Shown: one piece after another, positions 1-10,436 of the stretch
Layout of the letters: the number at the start of each line of letters is the position of its first letter
Numbering within the stretch: position 1 is the stretch's first letter
From: a virus
Lineage: Duplodnaviria > Caudoviricetes
Direction: 5' to 3' (one strand)
Virus record (IMG/VR): IMGVR_UViG_3300006153_000003
Length of the DNA stretch: 64,000 nt
Translations under genes and position numbers: made by a program
The notes under the pieces: model-generated
What the model was told of the DNA's origin: nothing
Seen by the model: only the letters and a program-made list of their open reading frames with translations
Databases searched by the model: none

Positions 1-153
1 TACATCAATAAGATTGAGCGTAAAAGATGTAGATCTTACACTACCACAGTTAGAATGTGATATGAGTAAGTCAACGCTGAGAGATCTTATTATAGGATTA
101 AAATCTATTTACAATCAAATCGAAGATGAAGATGAAAAGGAAGGAGACTAAAA

Positions 154-624
154 ATGAACTTTTATGAAAAAATTGATATGAACGATAATGTTGTAAAATA
201 TACACTTCGAGCGAAATACAATGAGGAATTAACAGATGAAGAAACTCTTGAGATTGAGTCTCTACACGATTATATTCATAAGATTAAGTTTACTGATATT
301 GATTTTGTTTCAAATGTAAATCTTGTATCCGGTGCCCCAGCTGTTACGGAAGATAATATCAGCGAAGGTGTTGTCGAGGTTGACCTGGGGAAAATTGCTC
401 CTAAAGAGTATATTCTGGATGAAAACCTTGAAATCACATTCTCCGTTGATGCAGGACGGGTCCCTGATGCAGAGCTGAACAGCGTTTTGACTACGAAGGC
501 ACTTGTAGCTCAGGCAAAGGTAGCAGTATTCCAGTCTAAGATTAAAGAAGCAATCTTGGGTATTTTAGAAGAAATCCGTACTACTGATAATGATTTCGAA
601 AAAGAGTCAGAGATTATTTTATAG
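154..624 (+). CDS. Hypothetical phage protein
   Basis: ORF with GGAG RBS, co-oriented with the late operon. Confidence 0.6.
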   Translation: MNFYEKIDMNDNVVKYTLRAKYNEELTDEETLEIESLHDYIHKIKFTDIDFVSNVNLVSGAPAVTEDNISEGVVEVDLGKIAPKEYILDENLEITFSVDAGRVPDAELNSVLTTKALVAQAKVAVFQSKIKEAILGILEEIRTTDNDFEKESEIIL

Positions 625-635
625 GAGGTGTATTT

Positions 636-938
636 ATGTATTCTGTAATGATTAGAGATGAGAAAGATCGTTCTATCTATAGATTCTTGCAGGTAAAAGA
701 AGAGATCATGGATGAAGTTTCCAAAGAAATAGAGGATCCTGATACGCATGAAGTTCGTACTGAAATAGAATTAGTAGGTACTGGAACATTTCACAAGGTA
801 AATTACAAGGAAGAAAATAAAGATAAATTCGAAGAAAAATGTATTGCACTTTTAGATACATATAATCGTTCAGAAATCCTTCCTATTACTATTGAGGAAT
901 ATGACGTAGATTTACTGTGGAAATCAGATAATTCATAA
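636..938 (+). CDS. Hypothetical phage protein
   Basis: ORF preceded by AGGAGGTG RBS. Confidence 0.6.
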   Translation: MYSVMIRDEKDRSIYRFLQVKEEIMDEVSKEIEDPDTHEVRTEIELVGTGTFHKVNYKEENKDKFEEKCIALLDTYNRSEILPITIEEYDVDLLWKSDNS

Positions 939-961
939 TAGTAAATGAGGAGGTGTAGAAT

Positions 962-1237
962 TTGGGAGAATCTAAGAAATTCCTGGATTATACTGGGTTA
1001 TCATATGTTATAAACAATCTGAAAAATTTATTTGCTTTCAAAACTGAAATTCCTGAAGAATATACTCACCCAGTATTTCCTCCTCATGCATCTGGTTTAT
1101 ATAAAATAACTGTAGATGAACAAGGTCATGTAACCAATACAAAAGAAGTTACAAAAACAGATATTCTTGAGCTGGGTATATTTTCAGATGAATCATTTGA
1201 ATTGACTGAAGATGGTAAATTATATTTCAACTACTAA
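962..1237 (+). CDS. Hypothetical virion accessory (fibre-like) protein
   Basis: GGAGGTG RBS, TTG start; KFLDYTGL and YTHP...SGLYKITVDEQGHVT motifs recur in phage fibre proteins. Confidence 0.5.
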   Translation: MGESKKFLDYTGLSYVINNLKNLFAFKTEIPEEYTHPVFPPHASGLYKITVDEQGHVTNTKEVTKTDILELGIFSDESFELTEDGKLYFNY

Positions 1238-1256
1238 TGCATAGGGAGGAAATTAA

Positions 1257-1472
1257 ATGGCTGTTTCATTACTGGACAAAAACCATGATACAGATTATTG
1301 TACCTTTTCGTATGATAACTGGGATTTAGATAAAGATAACATGCCTAATTTAAATACACCTGGCAAAAATGCGTTGTCTACTGTGAAATCATGTTCTCAA
1401 GGTAGTTTTGCTATTGGAACGGATGGAACTCTAAAAATTTTGACTGGTAATAATGAATGGATTGATTATTAG
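1257..1472 (+). CDS. Hypothetical phage protein
   Basis: ORF with GGAGG RBS. Confidence 0.55.
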   Translation: MAVSLLDKNHDTDYCTFSYDNWDLDKDNMPNLNTPGKNALSTVKSCSQGSFAIGTDGTLKILTGNNEWIDY

Positions 1473-1488
1473 GAGGTGATTGTAATAT

Positions 1489-2220
1489 ATGGATGGTGTT
1501 GTTGCTTTAAAAAGAGCATCAAATGTTGAAGAATCACTTCTTAAAAAAGTTGGCGATATTACTAAATTAGAAACCACAGCAAAAGCTGACATTGTAACAG
1601 CTCTCAATGAAGTGAAATCTGCTGTATCAGCAGGTAGTGAGACTGGTGTTGTAACCATTGAAACAGAAGTTACTACAGATGGAGCTTTGAAATCATATAC
1701 TGTTAAACAGGGCGGAGCCTTCGTCGCAGTAATTGATATCCCCAAAGATCTTGTTGTTACAGAAGGTTCTGTTGTTACAGATCCGGAAGGTCAAGATCCT
1801 GGGACCTATATTAAATTAGTAATTGCAAATCAGGAAGAGCCTCTTTATATAAATGTAGGTAAATTGGTAGATATTTATACTGTAAAGAAAAATGCTACAC
1901 AGATTCAATTGACAATCGATTTTACTTCTAGGGAAATCAGTGCAACAATCGTTCCAGGTAGCGTAGGAACAACAGAACTGGCTGATAATGCTGTAACCAC
2001 AGTAAAAATTGTAGATGCAAGTGTAACTCTCGAAAAACTGGCGGTTGATGTTACAAATGCTTTTGATACTGCTGGATCTTCTAGTGCTGCTGAGACGAAT
2101 GCAAAAAAATATGCTGATGGACTTAATACCAATATGGAGGGACGAGTTAGTATACTGGAAAAGAAATCTGACTTTGAGCCAATTACTGAAGAAGAGATCA
2201 ATGCATTATTTAGTATATAA
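1489..2220 (+). CDS. Putative head/neck fibre-like structural protein
   Basis: 10-aa repeats GSVGTTELA / NAVTTVKIV / ASVTLEKLA typical of phage fibres; strong RBS. Confidence 0.5.
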   Translation: MDGVVALKRASNVEESLLKKVGDITKLETTAKADIVTALNEVKSAVSAGSETGVVTIETEVTTDGALKSYTVKQGGAFVAVIDIPKDLVVTEGSVVTDPEGQDPGTYIKLVIANQEEPLYINVGKLVDIYTVKKNATQIQLTIDFTSREISATIVPGSVGTTELADNAVTTVKIVDASVTLEKLAVDVTNAFDTAGSSSAAETNAKKYADGLNTNMEGRVSILEKKSDFEPITEEEINALFSI

Positions 2221-2264
2221 AATAACAAAGGAGAATAGTATCACTACTACTCTCCTACTATTTT

Positions 2265-2347
2265 GTAAAGTAAACCTACAAGGTGTAGGACTCCGCTGCT
2301 AACGGATGTGTTCTGAAAAGAATGGGTTTCGATTACTCTGCTTTACG
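2265..2347 (+). tRNA. Atypical tRNA-Ser(GCT)
   Basis: Acceptor GTAAAGT/GCTTTAC, D-arm CCTAC/GTAGG, anticodon arm TCCG-CTGCTAA-CGGA, long variable arm, T-loop TTCGATT; no encoded CCA. Confidence 0.65.
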
Positions 2348-2377
2348 TTCGAAACAAATTGTAATAATTAAGATAAT

Positions 2378-3244
2378 TTATATATTATTTTCCATGAATT
2401 TTAAAACAATATTTGCAGATTTTTCCCAGGCAGGATCAAGCATCATATCATGACATAAATCAGGTAGAATTTCTAATTCTATATTTTTATTCTTAGAATT
2501 CTTATAAGTTGTATATGTTTTATTCAGTGATGATTCCGGGAAATATGAGTCTTCATAAGAACCAATGACCAAAATTGGAAGATTAACACTATAGTTGCTT
2601 GTATAAGATTTGTATAACTCTTCCAACGTAATTTTTTTTGACTCAATTTGTAAACGTTTATTATACACTCGTATATCATTCATAGGAACTCTTTTATCAA
2701 AAAAGGCAGATTCAAATAGTTCTTTATCTGTTACCTCTTTACCAGATGCTTTCTTGGCCGCAATTCGTAAATCCTTATGAAGGAAATATGTATCAATAAA
2801 TGTTTTAAATTTCTTCATCCCCCCTGCTGTCGCAGGTGCAAATAATATAGCTCCTTTAACTGCATCTGAATGTTCACCAATATAATTTTGTACAACTGCC
2901 CCACCCATAGAATGACCTAATATAAATGGAGTTGACTTCATTATTTTCTTAATACTCATACAATAATTGATACACTCTTTAATATCTTCAGAATAATCTG
3001 ATATTCCAAATTCATTTAATTTTTCATGTCCTTGACTACCACTATGTCCACGAAAACTTAACGCAAAACAGTCAAATCCATATTTAGGGAAAAATTCGAG
3101 AAAATTCTCAAAGCACCATGCACCATGGCATACACCATGAACGCACAAAATACACCCCTTATATTGACTGGTTGTTAAAGAATAAAGCACTTCTAATTTA
3201 AATTTACTTGGAATATTTAATGATTCATATTGTTTTTCTTCCAT
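2378..3244 (-). CDS. Alpha/beta hydrolase (moron)
   Basis: HG oxyanion motif (HGVCHGAW), nucleophile elbow GHSMG, catalytic His in CHDMML; opposite strand to its neighbours, AT-rich. Confidence 0.85.
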   Translation of the reverse strand: MEEKQYESLNIPSKFKLEVLYSLTTSQYKGCILCVHGVCHGAWCFENFLEFFPKYGFDCFALSFRGHSGSQGHEKLNEFGISDYSEDIKECINYCMSIKKIMKSTPFILGHSMGGAVVQNYIGEHSDAVKGAILFAPATAGGMKKFKTFIDTYFLHKDLRIAAKKASGKEVTDKELFESAFFDKRVPMNDIRVYNKRLQIESKKITLEELYKSYTSNYSVNLPILVIGSYEDSYFPESSLNKTYTTYKNSKNKNIELEILPDLCHDMMLDPAWEKSANIVLKFMENNI

Positions 3245-3458
3245 TTACCTAGCTCCTTTCTATGAGTATATTTTTTATAATTATATTATTTATCGGACAA
3301 ACATAATTAAAAATTAGTTTTCTTTTCAGATTTATACAATTTTAATAATTATTAGAATATTATTATTAAATTCTTTTTATATACTTTTTGACAATCAACA
3401 AACTGTCTTTTTGTAGTATAACAATACAAGTTTTCAAAAAAGAAAGGATGGTGGCAAC

Positions 3459-4652
3459 ATGCCAAAAACAAAATCTCAATCATCTGACAATAAACCGTTG
3501 CCAGCCAATCAACAAAAAGGTACTAAAAAATGTAATTACTGTCATAAAGAAAAAAAAATGACAGATTTTTATATTAGTAAAAGTCCTCTTTTTTCAGTAG
3601 ATGGGCGCGTTCCAGTCTGTAAAGAGTGTATAATTAAAGAATCTCTTAATGAAGATGGATCTATCAATGAGATTAATTTGAATAAGATTCTTAAGAAAAT
3701 AGACCGACCTTATTATAAAGATCTTATTGAAAGCTCAATACAATCTTTTAAAAAAGAAAATTCATTTGTGAAGGATGAGGATATACCATATCATGGTAAA
3801 GACATTTTAAAAATCTATTTTCGCTTAATTGCTATGCGACAGGATCGAGCTAAAAGCTATGAAGACTCTGAAAAAGACGGCTTTATTCACCAAGAAAGTA
3901 ATACTCCCAAAAAGACTAAAGAAGCAATATCTAAAAAATATGCAGATATAAAAATAGAAAATCAAGATACTTCAAATATATCATCCTCCGTTCCAGAAGC
4001 ATTAGAAAAGATCAAATGGTCAGAGCAGGATAAACAGAATAAACAATACGCCATTGATATTGTAGGTTATGATCCTTTTGAAGAATATCCGGAAGAAGGA
4101 CGAAAATTTCTATTCAATCAATTATCACCTTATCTTGAGGATGACTCTAATGCAGATGATGCATATAAACTTTCCCAAATATTACAAATCATAAAAAACA
4201 ATTATCAAATTGACATATGTGATAAAAGAATGGCTCATTTAGATCCTTTAAAAGATGCAGAGAATATCAAGACCTTAAATGATATAAAAAACAAATTAGT
4301 CCAAAGCAATGATAAAATTGCAAAGGAAAATGAAATCTCTGTAAAAAACCGTTCTAATAAAGAAGCTGGAAAATCAACTCTTACTTATTTGATGAGAGAT
4401 TTACGAGAAAAAGATTTTGATAAGGCTGAAGCTGACTATTATGATCAATTGAGAAGTGTTGGTACACAATGGGCGGTAGATATGTCCATCAAATCAATTA
4501 AAGAAAATGGATTATTTGATGAAAATGATAAAAAGGAAATATATGAAATGCAATTAGACATGATCAATTCGCTAAATAAAGAAGTAGATGATTTAAAAGA
4601 AAAAGTCCGCTTATTAATTATAGAAAATGATAGATTGAAAGAAAATAATTAA
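3459..4652 (+). CDS. Probable terminase small subunit-like protein with Zn-finger
   Basis: CxxC...CxxC near the N-terminus; directly upstream of the terminase large subunit. Confidence 0.5.
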   Translation: MPKTKSQSSDNKPLPANQQKGTKKCNYCHKEKKMTDFYISKSPLFSVDGRVPVCKECIIKESLNEDGSINEINLNKILKKIDRPYYKDLIESSIQSFKKENSFVKDEDIPYHGKDILKIYFRLIAMRQDRAKSYEDSEKDGFIHQESNTPKKTKEAISKKYADIKIENQDTSNISSSVPEALEKIKWSEQDKQNKQYAIDIVGYDPFEEYPEEGRKFLFNQLSPYLEDDSNADDAYKLSQILQIIKNNYQIDICDKRMAHLDPLKDAENIKTLNDIKNKLVQSNDKIAKENEISVKNRSNKEAGKSTLTYLMRDLREKDFDKAEADYYDQLRSVGTQWAVDMSIKSIKENGLFDENDKKEIYEMQLDMINSLNKEVDDLKEKVRLLIIENDRLKENN

Positions 4653-4654
4653 GT

Positions 4655-6517
4655 ATGGCTTACAAAAAAGTAAAACGTCTACTATCAGATAGAAAAAGAA
4701 AAATATGCGAGTTAGATGCAGAAACCATTGCATTTTACAGACGTAATCCATGTATAGCAAGTGAGGATCTACTGGGCATTCGCTTAATTGACAGCCAAAA
4801 GTATATTTTACAAGAGAGTTGGAATAAGCCCCATGTTTTATGGTGTTGTAGCCGAAACTTCGGGAAATCATTTCTTGGTGCAGTTTTCATGATATTAAAA
4901 GCTATCTTATATGAGAACCAAGCTATATATATTGTTTCATCTGTCGGTAACCAATCTAAAGAAACATTCTCAAAAATTGAAGAAATTGTATTAAGGATTG
5001 GTAAAACTGCCGCCTCTATTGATTCTCTTCAAGATATCGTCGAAAAGGAAACCATTAAATCTACTAATAATAAAACTGGATTCCAACATAATCCTGAGAG
5101 CTTTCATGTTAGTTTTTATAATGGTAGTGAGATATTTACACTTAATGGAAAGCCCGACAATAACAGGTCCCGCAGGGCCAGTTTGGTATTTTTCGATGAA
5201 GCTGCTTTTTCCTCTGATGAATTAATTGCTGTCTGTGAAGCATTTGCTACTCAGAATACAGAGTTTAAAACTTCCACAGACGATAATTTTAATCCAGAAA
5301 CCGAAAAAAGAAAATGTCCTACTCAATTGGTTTACGCTTCCTCCCAGGATGATATGAGCAAAATGTTCTATAAGCACTACAAAAATTTTGCAAAACATAT
5401 GCTGGCAGGTGACAGAGATTATTTTGTCGCTGATATGATTTGCGATTGTGCTATTACTACATACATGAAGGGGAAACCATTTACTCCACTTCTTACACAA
5501 GATAAGGTAGATGCTGCGATGAAAGCAAATCCCGACAAAGCCAGAAGGGAATATTATAATCAACCTACTCGTGATGGTGGTGTTAATCAGATTGTAAAAT
5601 GGGGAACAATCCGTAGGAATGAAACGTTTTATTTGCCACAGCTACATTTCGAGCCAAATACTAGAATTGCATTGGCTTTTGATCCAGCAAGAACTACAGA
5701 TAACTCTATTCTAAGTAGTATGCGAATAGTAAATGATGAAAATTGGGGATATATGGGAGAAATCATTAATTGTATTAATTTTGTGGATGCCGCCAATAAA
5801 AAAGGATACAAATTAGATTCTAATAGACAGTTAAGAAAAATTCGAGAAAATCTGCTTTTGTATAATGGTTTATCAAATGATTATGATAATATTGATATTC
5901 TTCTGGTGGATCAGGGTTCTGGTGGAGGCGGAACATCTACCTATGCCGATGGACTTCTCAATGATTGGACAGATAAAAATGGAAGAATACATAGAGGATT
6001 AATTGATAAAGAACATGATATATATAAGGGATACGATAAGATTTATCCAAATGCTATCAATAAGCTAAGGTTATTGAGTCCCAAAAAGTATAGAACACAA
6101 ATGGTTGAAGAATTCATTGAATTAATGGATTTAGGTGTTATAAAGTTTCCATATGAATATAAACAAGAATTTATATCTATGACTAAACAAATAGATATTG
6201 AAAATCAGAAAATAGAATCTTATCAATTGTCTTTAGATGAAATTGTCGCATTACAAAGTATAGACATCATGAAAAATGAAATCACTGCAATTTATAAATA
6301 CGAAAACGCTGACAAGACATCTCGAACATACGCATTATCAAAGGAAAAAGAAAGTGATCCAAACTTCCATGATGATAGATTTTATACTATTATAATGCTT
6401 GCACACTATTTATATGGATTACGAAGAGGGCAAATTGTTACAACAAAAAAGAAATATAATACTCCTTCTAATATCCTTTCAATGGCACGAAAGCCTTCAT
6501 TAATAAGAAGATCTTGA
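4655..6517 (+). CDS. terL: Terminase large subunit
   Basis: Walker A SRNFGKS, Walker B VFFDEAA, nuclease motifs AFDPAR and HDDRF. Confidence 0.92.
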   Translation: MAYKKVKRLLSDRKRKICELDAETIAFYRRNPCIASEDLLGIRLIDSQKYILQESWNKPHVLWCCSRNFGKSFLGAVFMILKAILYENQAIYIVSSVGNQSKETFSKIEEIVLRIGKTAASIDSLQDIVEKETIKSTNNKTGFQHNPESFHVSFYNGSEIFTLNGKPDNNRSRRASLVFFDEAAFSSDELIAVCEAFATQNTEFKTSTDDNFNPETEKRKCPTQLVYASSQDDMSKMFYKHYKNFAKHMLAGDRDYFVADMICDCAITTYMKGKPFTPLLTQDKVDAAMKANPDKARREYYNQPTRDGGVNQIVKWGTIRRNETFYLPQLHFEPNTRIALAFDPARTTDNSILSSMRIVNDENWGYMGEIINCINFVDAANKKGYKLDSNRQLRKIRENLLLYNGLSNDYDNIDILLVDQGSGGGGTSTYADGLLNDWTDKNGRIHRGLIDKEHDIYKGYDKIYPNAINKLRLLSPKKYRTQMVEEFIELMDLGVIKFPYEYKQEFISMTKQIDIENQKIESYQLSLDEIVALQSIDIMKNEITAIYKYENADKTSRTYALSKEKESDPNFHDDRFYTIIMLAHYLYGLRRGQIVTTKKKYNTPSNILSMARKPSLIRRS

Positions 6518-6580
6518 AAATCTACAAGAATCCAAAATTTAAATTTAATATCAATATTGTTTTAGGAAGAAGGTGAGAAA

Positions 6581-8149
6581 ATCGAGAATATAAAAAACGG
6601 AAATAACGATTCAAAACCATCTGAAGAATTAGTAACCACTACATATAACAAAGATAAAGAAACATTTAACAATTTTACTTCTGGAAAATCAAAAACTGTA
6701 GATTTTTCATCTATCAAGCGGTTAATCTTATCTGAACTTGCGTTAAATAGATCAGTACGTCCACAACGTATATGTGGTTTTTCGAGAAAACAGATTTTAA
6801 ATATGTGTCAATATCCCGAAAGATATGGTTATCACATATTAAAATTAATGGACTATATGTATCAAAAATCAGGATATATGCGAAGGCTCATAGATTATTT
6901 TTCGAATATGCCAAAATTAAATTTTTATATAGACAAAGAAGTAACTGATTATTCTTTTTTTAAAGTAAATGAAAATGTATATAAAAAAAATTATATTAAA
7001 TTTGCTTCTCAAGCTAATAAATTCAATTTGGCAAATATTATCCACGATATTACTAAAAGAATGTATCTAAACGATATATGTTACGCATTTGTTATTGAAA
7101 CAGACTTAGATATTTCATATTTCTTTCTTGATCCTCGATACTGTGAAATAGGGAAATTAGTAAACGGAAATATTTATGAATTTACAATAAATCGAAGCTT
7201 ATTATCAAATTCATACTATGAAACTCTTCCATTTGAATTACAAAGTCTATTGGAAGAATCAAAAAAAATTTCTCCGAATAATCTTGTTGACATTCCCTAT
7301 AAAAACGGATTCTGTGTGAAATATAATAACAATTTCTTGCATTTATTCCCACCCTTTTTTCCTATGATTGCTGACATTTTGTTAATTGACGAATATAAAG
7401 ATTTGGCAAAAAGTAAGGCTGTCAACGATGCATATAAATTATTAGTGCTTAAAATACCGACAAAAGATGGTGTATTAACAATGGAAGAAGCTCAAATGTA
7501 TCCATATATTGATACTGCTTTAAAAGTTGTTCAAGAAAATATTGGTGTACTTCCTTATCCAGACAATGTTGAATCTGTGGAATTCTCATCAAGTAACTCT
7601 GATGATCGAGATAAGGTGGCTGACGCAACCACACAAATGTATGCAAACCAAGGGGTTAGTGAAGCTTTAATGTCTGGTGCTTCAAGTGGTTCTGAATTAA
7701 AACTATCTATTACTAATGATAGTGCAGATATCTTTAGAATTTACAGGATGTTGGAAAATTGGGTTAATTTGCAAATGAAACTTCGAAAGTACATTTACTT
7801 ATCATATCAATTCACATATAAAATTTTTGATATTACTATTTTTAATGAATCTGATGTCATAAGTAGAGAACTTACATTAGCACAGGCCAGTACCCCGAAT
7901 AAAGAAAGATTATGCGCCGCATGTGGTATGTCTCCCTCTGCTGTGATGGGAAATATATTACATGAAGGAAAAATGTTTAAAGATCTTTTTGATTTACTGA
8001 CTCCTTTACAATCTTCATATACTACATCTGGAAATCAATCTGATGATGGGGGAAGACCTGCGAAAGATGACGGGGATTTAAGTGCGTCTGGCGAAACTAC
8101 ACGCGAAAACGATACAAATAATCCAGATAATAGAATAGAAGGGAGATAA
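6581..8149 (+). CDS. Portal protein (frame is open upstream of 6803; likely non-canonical ATC start at 6581)
   Basis: Follows terL; C-terminal PLQSSYT...GGRP motif typical of SPbeta-like portals; RBS AAGGTGA at 6570-6576. Confidence 0.8.
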   Translation: MENIKNGNNDSKPSEELVTTTYNKDKETFNNFTSGKSKTVDFSSIKRLILSELALNRSVRPQRICGFSRKQILNMCQYPERYGYHILKLMDYMYQKSGYMRRLIDYFSNMPKLNFYIDKEVTDYSFFKVNENVYKKNYIKFASQANKFNLANIIHDITKRMYLNDICYAFVIETDLDISYFFLDPRYCEIGKLVNGNIYEFTINRSLLSNSYYETLPFELQSLLEESKKISPNNLVDIPYKNGFCVKYNNNFLHLFPPFFPMIADILLIDEYKDLAKSKAVNDAYKLLVLKIPTKDGVLTMEEAQMYPYIDTALKVVQENIGVLPYPDNVESVEFSSSNSDDRDKVADATTQMYANQGVSEALMSGASSGSELKLSITNDSADIFRIYRMLENWVNLQMKLRKYIYLSYQFTYKIFDITIFNESDVISRELTLAQASTPNKERLCAACGMSPSAVMGNILHEGKMFKDLFDLLTPLQSSYTTSGNQSDDGGRPAKDDGDLSASGETTRENDTNNPDNRIEGR

Positions 8150-8152
8150 TAC

Positions 8153-8341
8153 ATGGGAGAAATTTATATATTGGACAAAAAACTTGCAACTACTCTTCTA
8201 TCTCTTGGTTTTAAATATGTCAAAAGAACAATTGATAGTAAAGATGTATTTGTTTTTATACAAACAAATGAACTCATGAGAGAACTTAACTCAAATTTTG
8301 AGCAAAGTTCTTTTTATTTTGGGAAAAATCTTTGTTTTTAA
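8153..8341 (+). CDS. Small DUF5659-like phage protein
   Basis: KLA..LLSLGF.Y...VFVF..TNEL pattern. Confidence 0.5.
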   Translation: MGEIYILDKKLATTLLSLGFKYVKRTIDSKDVFVFIQTNELMRELNSNFEQSSFYFGKNLCF

Positions 8342-8365
8342 ATAAATGAAAGGAGGAAATTACTG

Positions 8366-9877
8366 TTGAAATTTAATAAAAATCAGACTTTAGGATTTAC
8401 TTCAAAATTATCTGATTTTGAAATCATTAATAGTGAATTTACTAGATGTAAATGTTATATGCTTGCTGTTGGCGATAACGTAAATGGATCTGATATCACG
8501 CTTGACTCTGTAAAAAAGGCAATGTCAAGAGGCGAATTTTATAACAAGCCTATTGTAGCTCACCTGTATAAAGATGAAGACACAGGTAAATGGAGAGTTG
8601 GAGGACACGATTCCAAGTGGGTTATCACAAATACATCTATAGAAATTATTAATGAATGTATTCCTTTTGGAACCATACCGGAATCATCTAATTTACAGTT
8701 AGAAGAAGTTTTGGAACCTGATGGAGAAACAACAAATACATATCTCACTTGTCAGATTATTCTTTGGACTGGACGTTTTAACATCATGGATGCAGCATAT
8801 AGTGATTCAATCTATTTTAATCAAAGCTGTGAATTATCTGTAAACGACTATCATTGGAAAGAAAATGATGTTCTTGCAATCGACGATTTTACATTTAGCG
8901 CATTATGTTTGCTTAACAAATCTGATGATAAATCAAAAAATGTACGTCCTTGTTTCCCATCTTGTAGAGTTGAAAAAATGCAAGGCTTCTCTATTGATGC
9001 TGATAAGTTTAAACAAAATTTTGAATTAATGCTAGATAGATTAAAACAATTTGAAATGGAGAGTGGGTGCCTTATTCAAAATAAATCCAACAATATGAAA
9101 GGAGTTTCAAAAATGAAATTAAGTAAATTTGCAGAAGCTCTTTCAACAATTACTTTTAAGAAGGATGATGTTGATGTTTGCAAGTACAAACTCATTAATG
9201 CTACTGAAACAAAAGTTTATGCATTAGATATGGAAGATTATAAACCTTATGGTTTTGATTATACTCTTGTATCTGATGAAGATGATGAAAAGTTAGCAAT
9301 TTCTTATGAGTCTAAAGTTGAAATGTCTTTATCTGCTATTGAAAAGATCACAGAAGATGATTTTGAAGGTTTTAGCATTGGCAATGAAATTAATGCTATT
9401 ACAAACAAATTCACTGAAGAAATGGAAGAAAAAGTAAACAAAAGAGTTACTGAATGTACAGAAAATTTAGAAAAAGAATTTAATCAAAAAATGGAAGAAA
9501 TGAAGATTGCTTTTGATGATTTGGCTAACAGTCATAAAATTGCATTAGAAAAACTTAGTAAATATGAAGAAAAAGAAGCGGCTGAAAAGGCAAAAGCGCA
9601 TGAAGACGAAATCAATGCTTTATTTGAGAAGTATTCAGGGAAACTTTCAAAATGCTCTGAATTCCTAGTTTACAAAGCAAAAGTAAATCCCAAAGACGTT
9701 ACAGTTGATGAGGTAAATGAGAAATTAACTTTGATGGTTGGAAGATTTATGATGGACTCTCAGACAAAGAAAAACTTTGCATACGAACCTACGGCAGTAA
9801 ATGTTAAAAAGGTAGACAATAAAACAGAAATAAACAAAAGATATGGAAACTTACTTGATAAGTATATCAATATTTAA
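8366..9877 (+). CDS. Prohead protease/scaffold protein
   Basis: Lies between portal and capsid; NQSCEL and FSALCLL protease-like motifs, coiled-coil C-terminus. Confidence 0.75.
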   Translation: MKFNKNQTLGFTSKLSDFEIINSEFTRCKCYMLAVGDNVNGSDITLDSVKKAMSRGEFYNKPIVAHLYKDEDTGKWRVGGHDSKWVITNTSIEIINECIPFGTIPESSNLQLEEVLEPDGETTNTYLTCQIILWTGRFNIMDAAYSDSIYFNQSCELSVNDYHWKENDVLAIDDFTFSALCLLNKSDDKSKNVRPCFPSCRVEKMQGFSIDADKFKQNFELMLDRLKQFEMESGCLIQNKSNNMKGVSKMKLSKFAEALSTITFKKDDVDVCKYKLINATETKVYALDMEDYKPYGFDYTLVSDEDDEKLAISYESKVEMSLSAIEKITEDDFEGFSIGNEINAITNKFTEEMEEKVNKRVTECTENLEKEFNQKMEEMKIAFDDLANSHKIALEKLSKYEEKEAAEKAKAHEDEINALFEKYSGKLSKCSEFLVYKAKVNPKDVTVDEVNEKLTLMVGRFMMDSQTKKNFAYEPTAVNVKKVDNKTEINKRYGNLLDKYINI

Positions 9878-9890
9878 GGAGGATTTATAT

Positions 9891-10418
9891 ATGAATGAGT
9901 ATATGGTTGCAGAAAGCACATTATTAACTGGTGCACGGATTTTTAGTTTACAGTCTACAAAAGATATTCAAAATGGCGCAATCGTCGGTAAGGGCGATTT
10001 AGTAACCGGAGAAAAAAGTATTTATACAGCATTGGATGATTATACAAACGGAATGTATCTTGTACTTAACCCGGCATGGTCATATAAAAACGACAGAATT
10101 ACTGACCAAAATGAAGAAAACTTCATTAATAAAGCTGGGGTTGCATTTAGAGTATATCGTCTTGAAAAAGATATGAAATATAAGATTTATAATATCTCTG
10201 AGACATTTAAAAAGGGTGACAAAATTAAGTATGATTCCGCAACAGGTAGATATGTCGCTGATGAAACATCTACTTTAGAAGTAGTAGATGTAGAAGAAGT
10301 TGGTTTCCCATATTGCATTGGTAGTATTGGAGTCCAATTAGCAGATGATACCGATAATGAATATGGATATTCAACTGGTAATAAAACTGTTAAATATACA
10401 ATTGAGAAAATTGCGTAA
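9891..10418 (+). CDS. Head decoration/capsid cement protein
   Basis: Lies between scaffold and capsid; AGGAGG RBS supports start at 9891. Confidence 0.55.
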   Translation: MNEYMVAESTLLTGARIFSLQSTKDIQNGAIVGKGDLVTGEKSIYTALDDYTNGMYLVLNPAWSYKNDRITDQNEENFINKAGVAFRVYRLEKDMKYKIYNISETFKKGDKIKYDSATGRYVADETSTLEVVDVEEVGFPYCIGSIGVQLADDTDNEYGYSTGNKTVKYTIEKIA

Positions 10419-10436
10419 TGATAAGGAGGACATATA

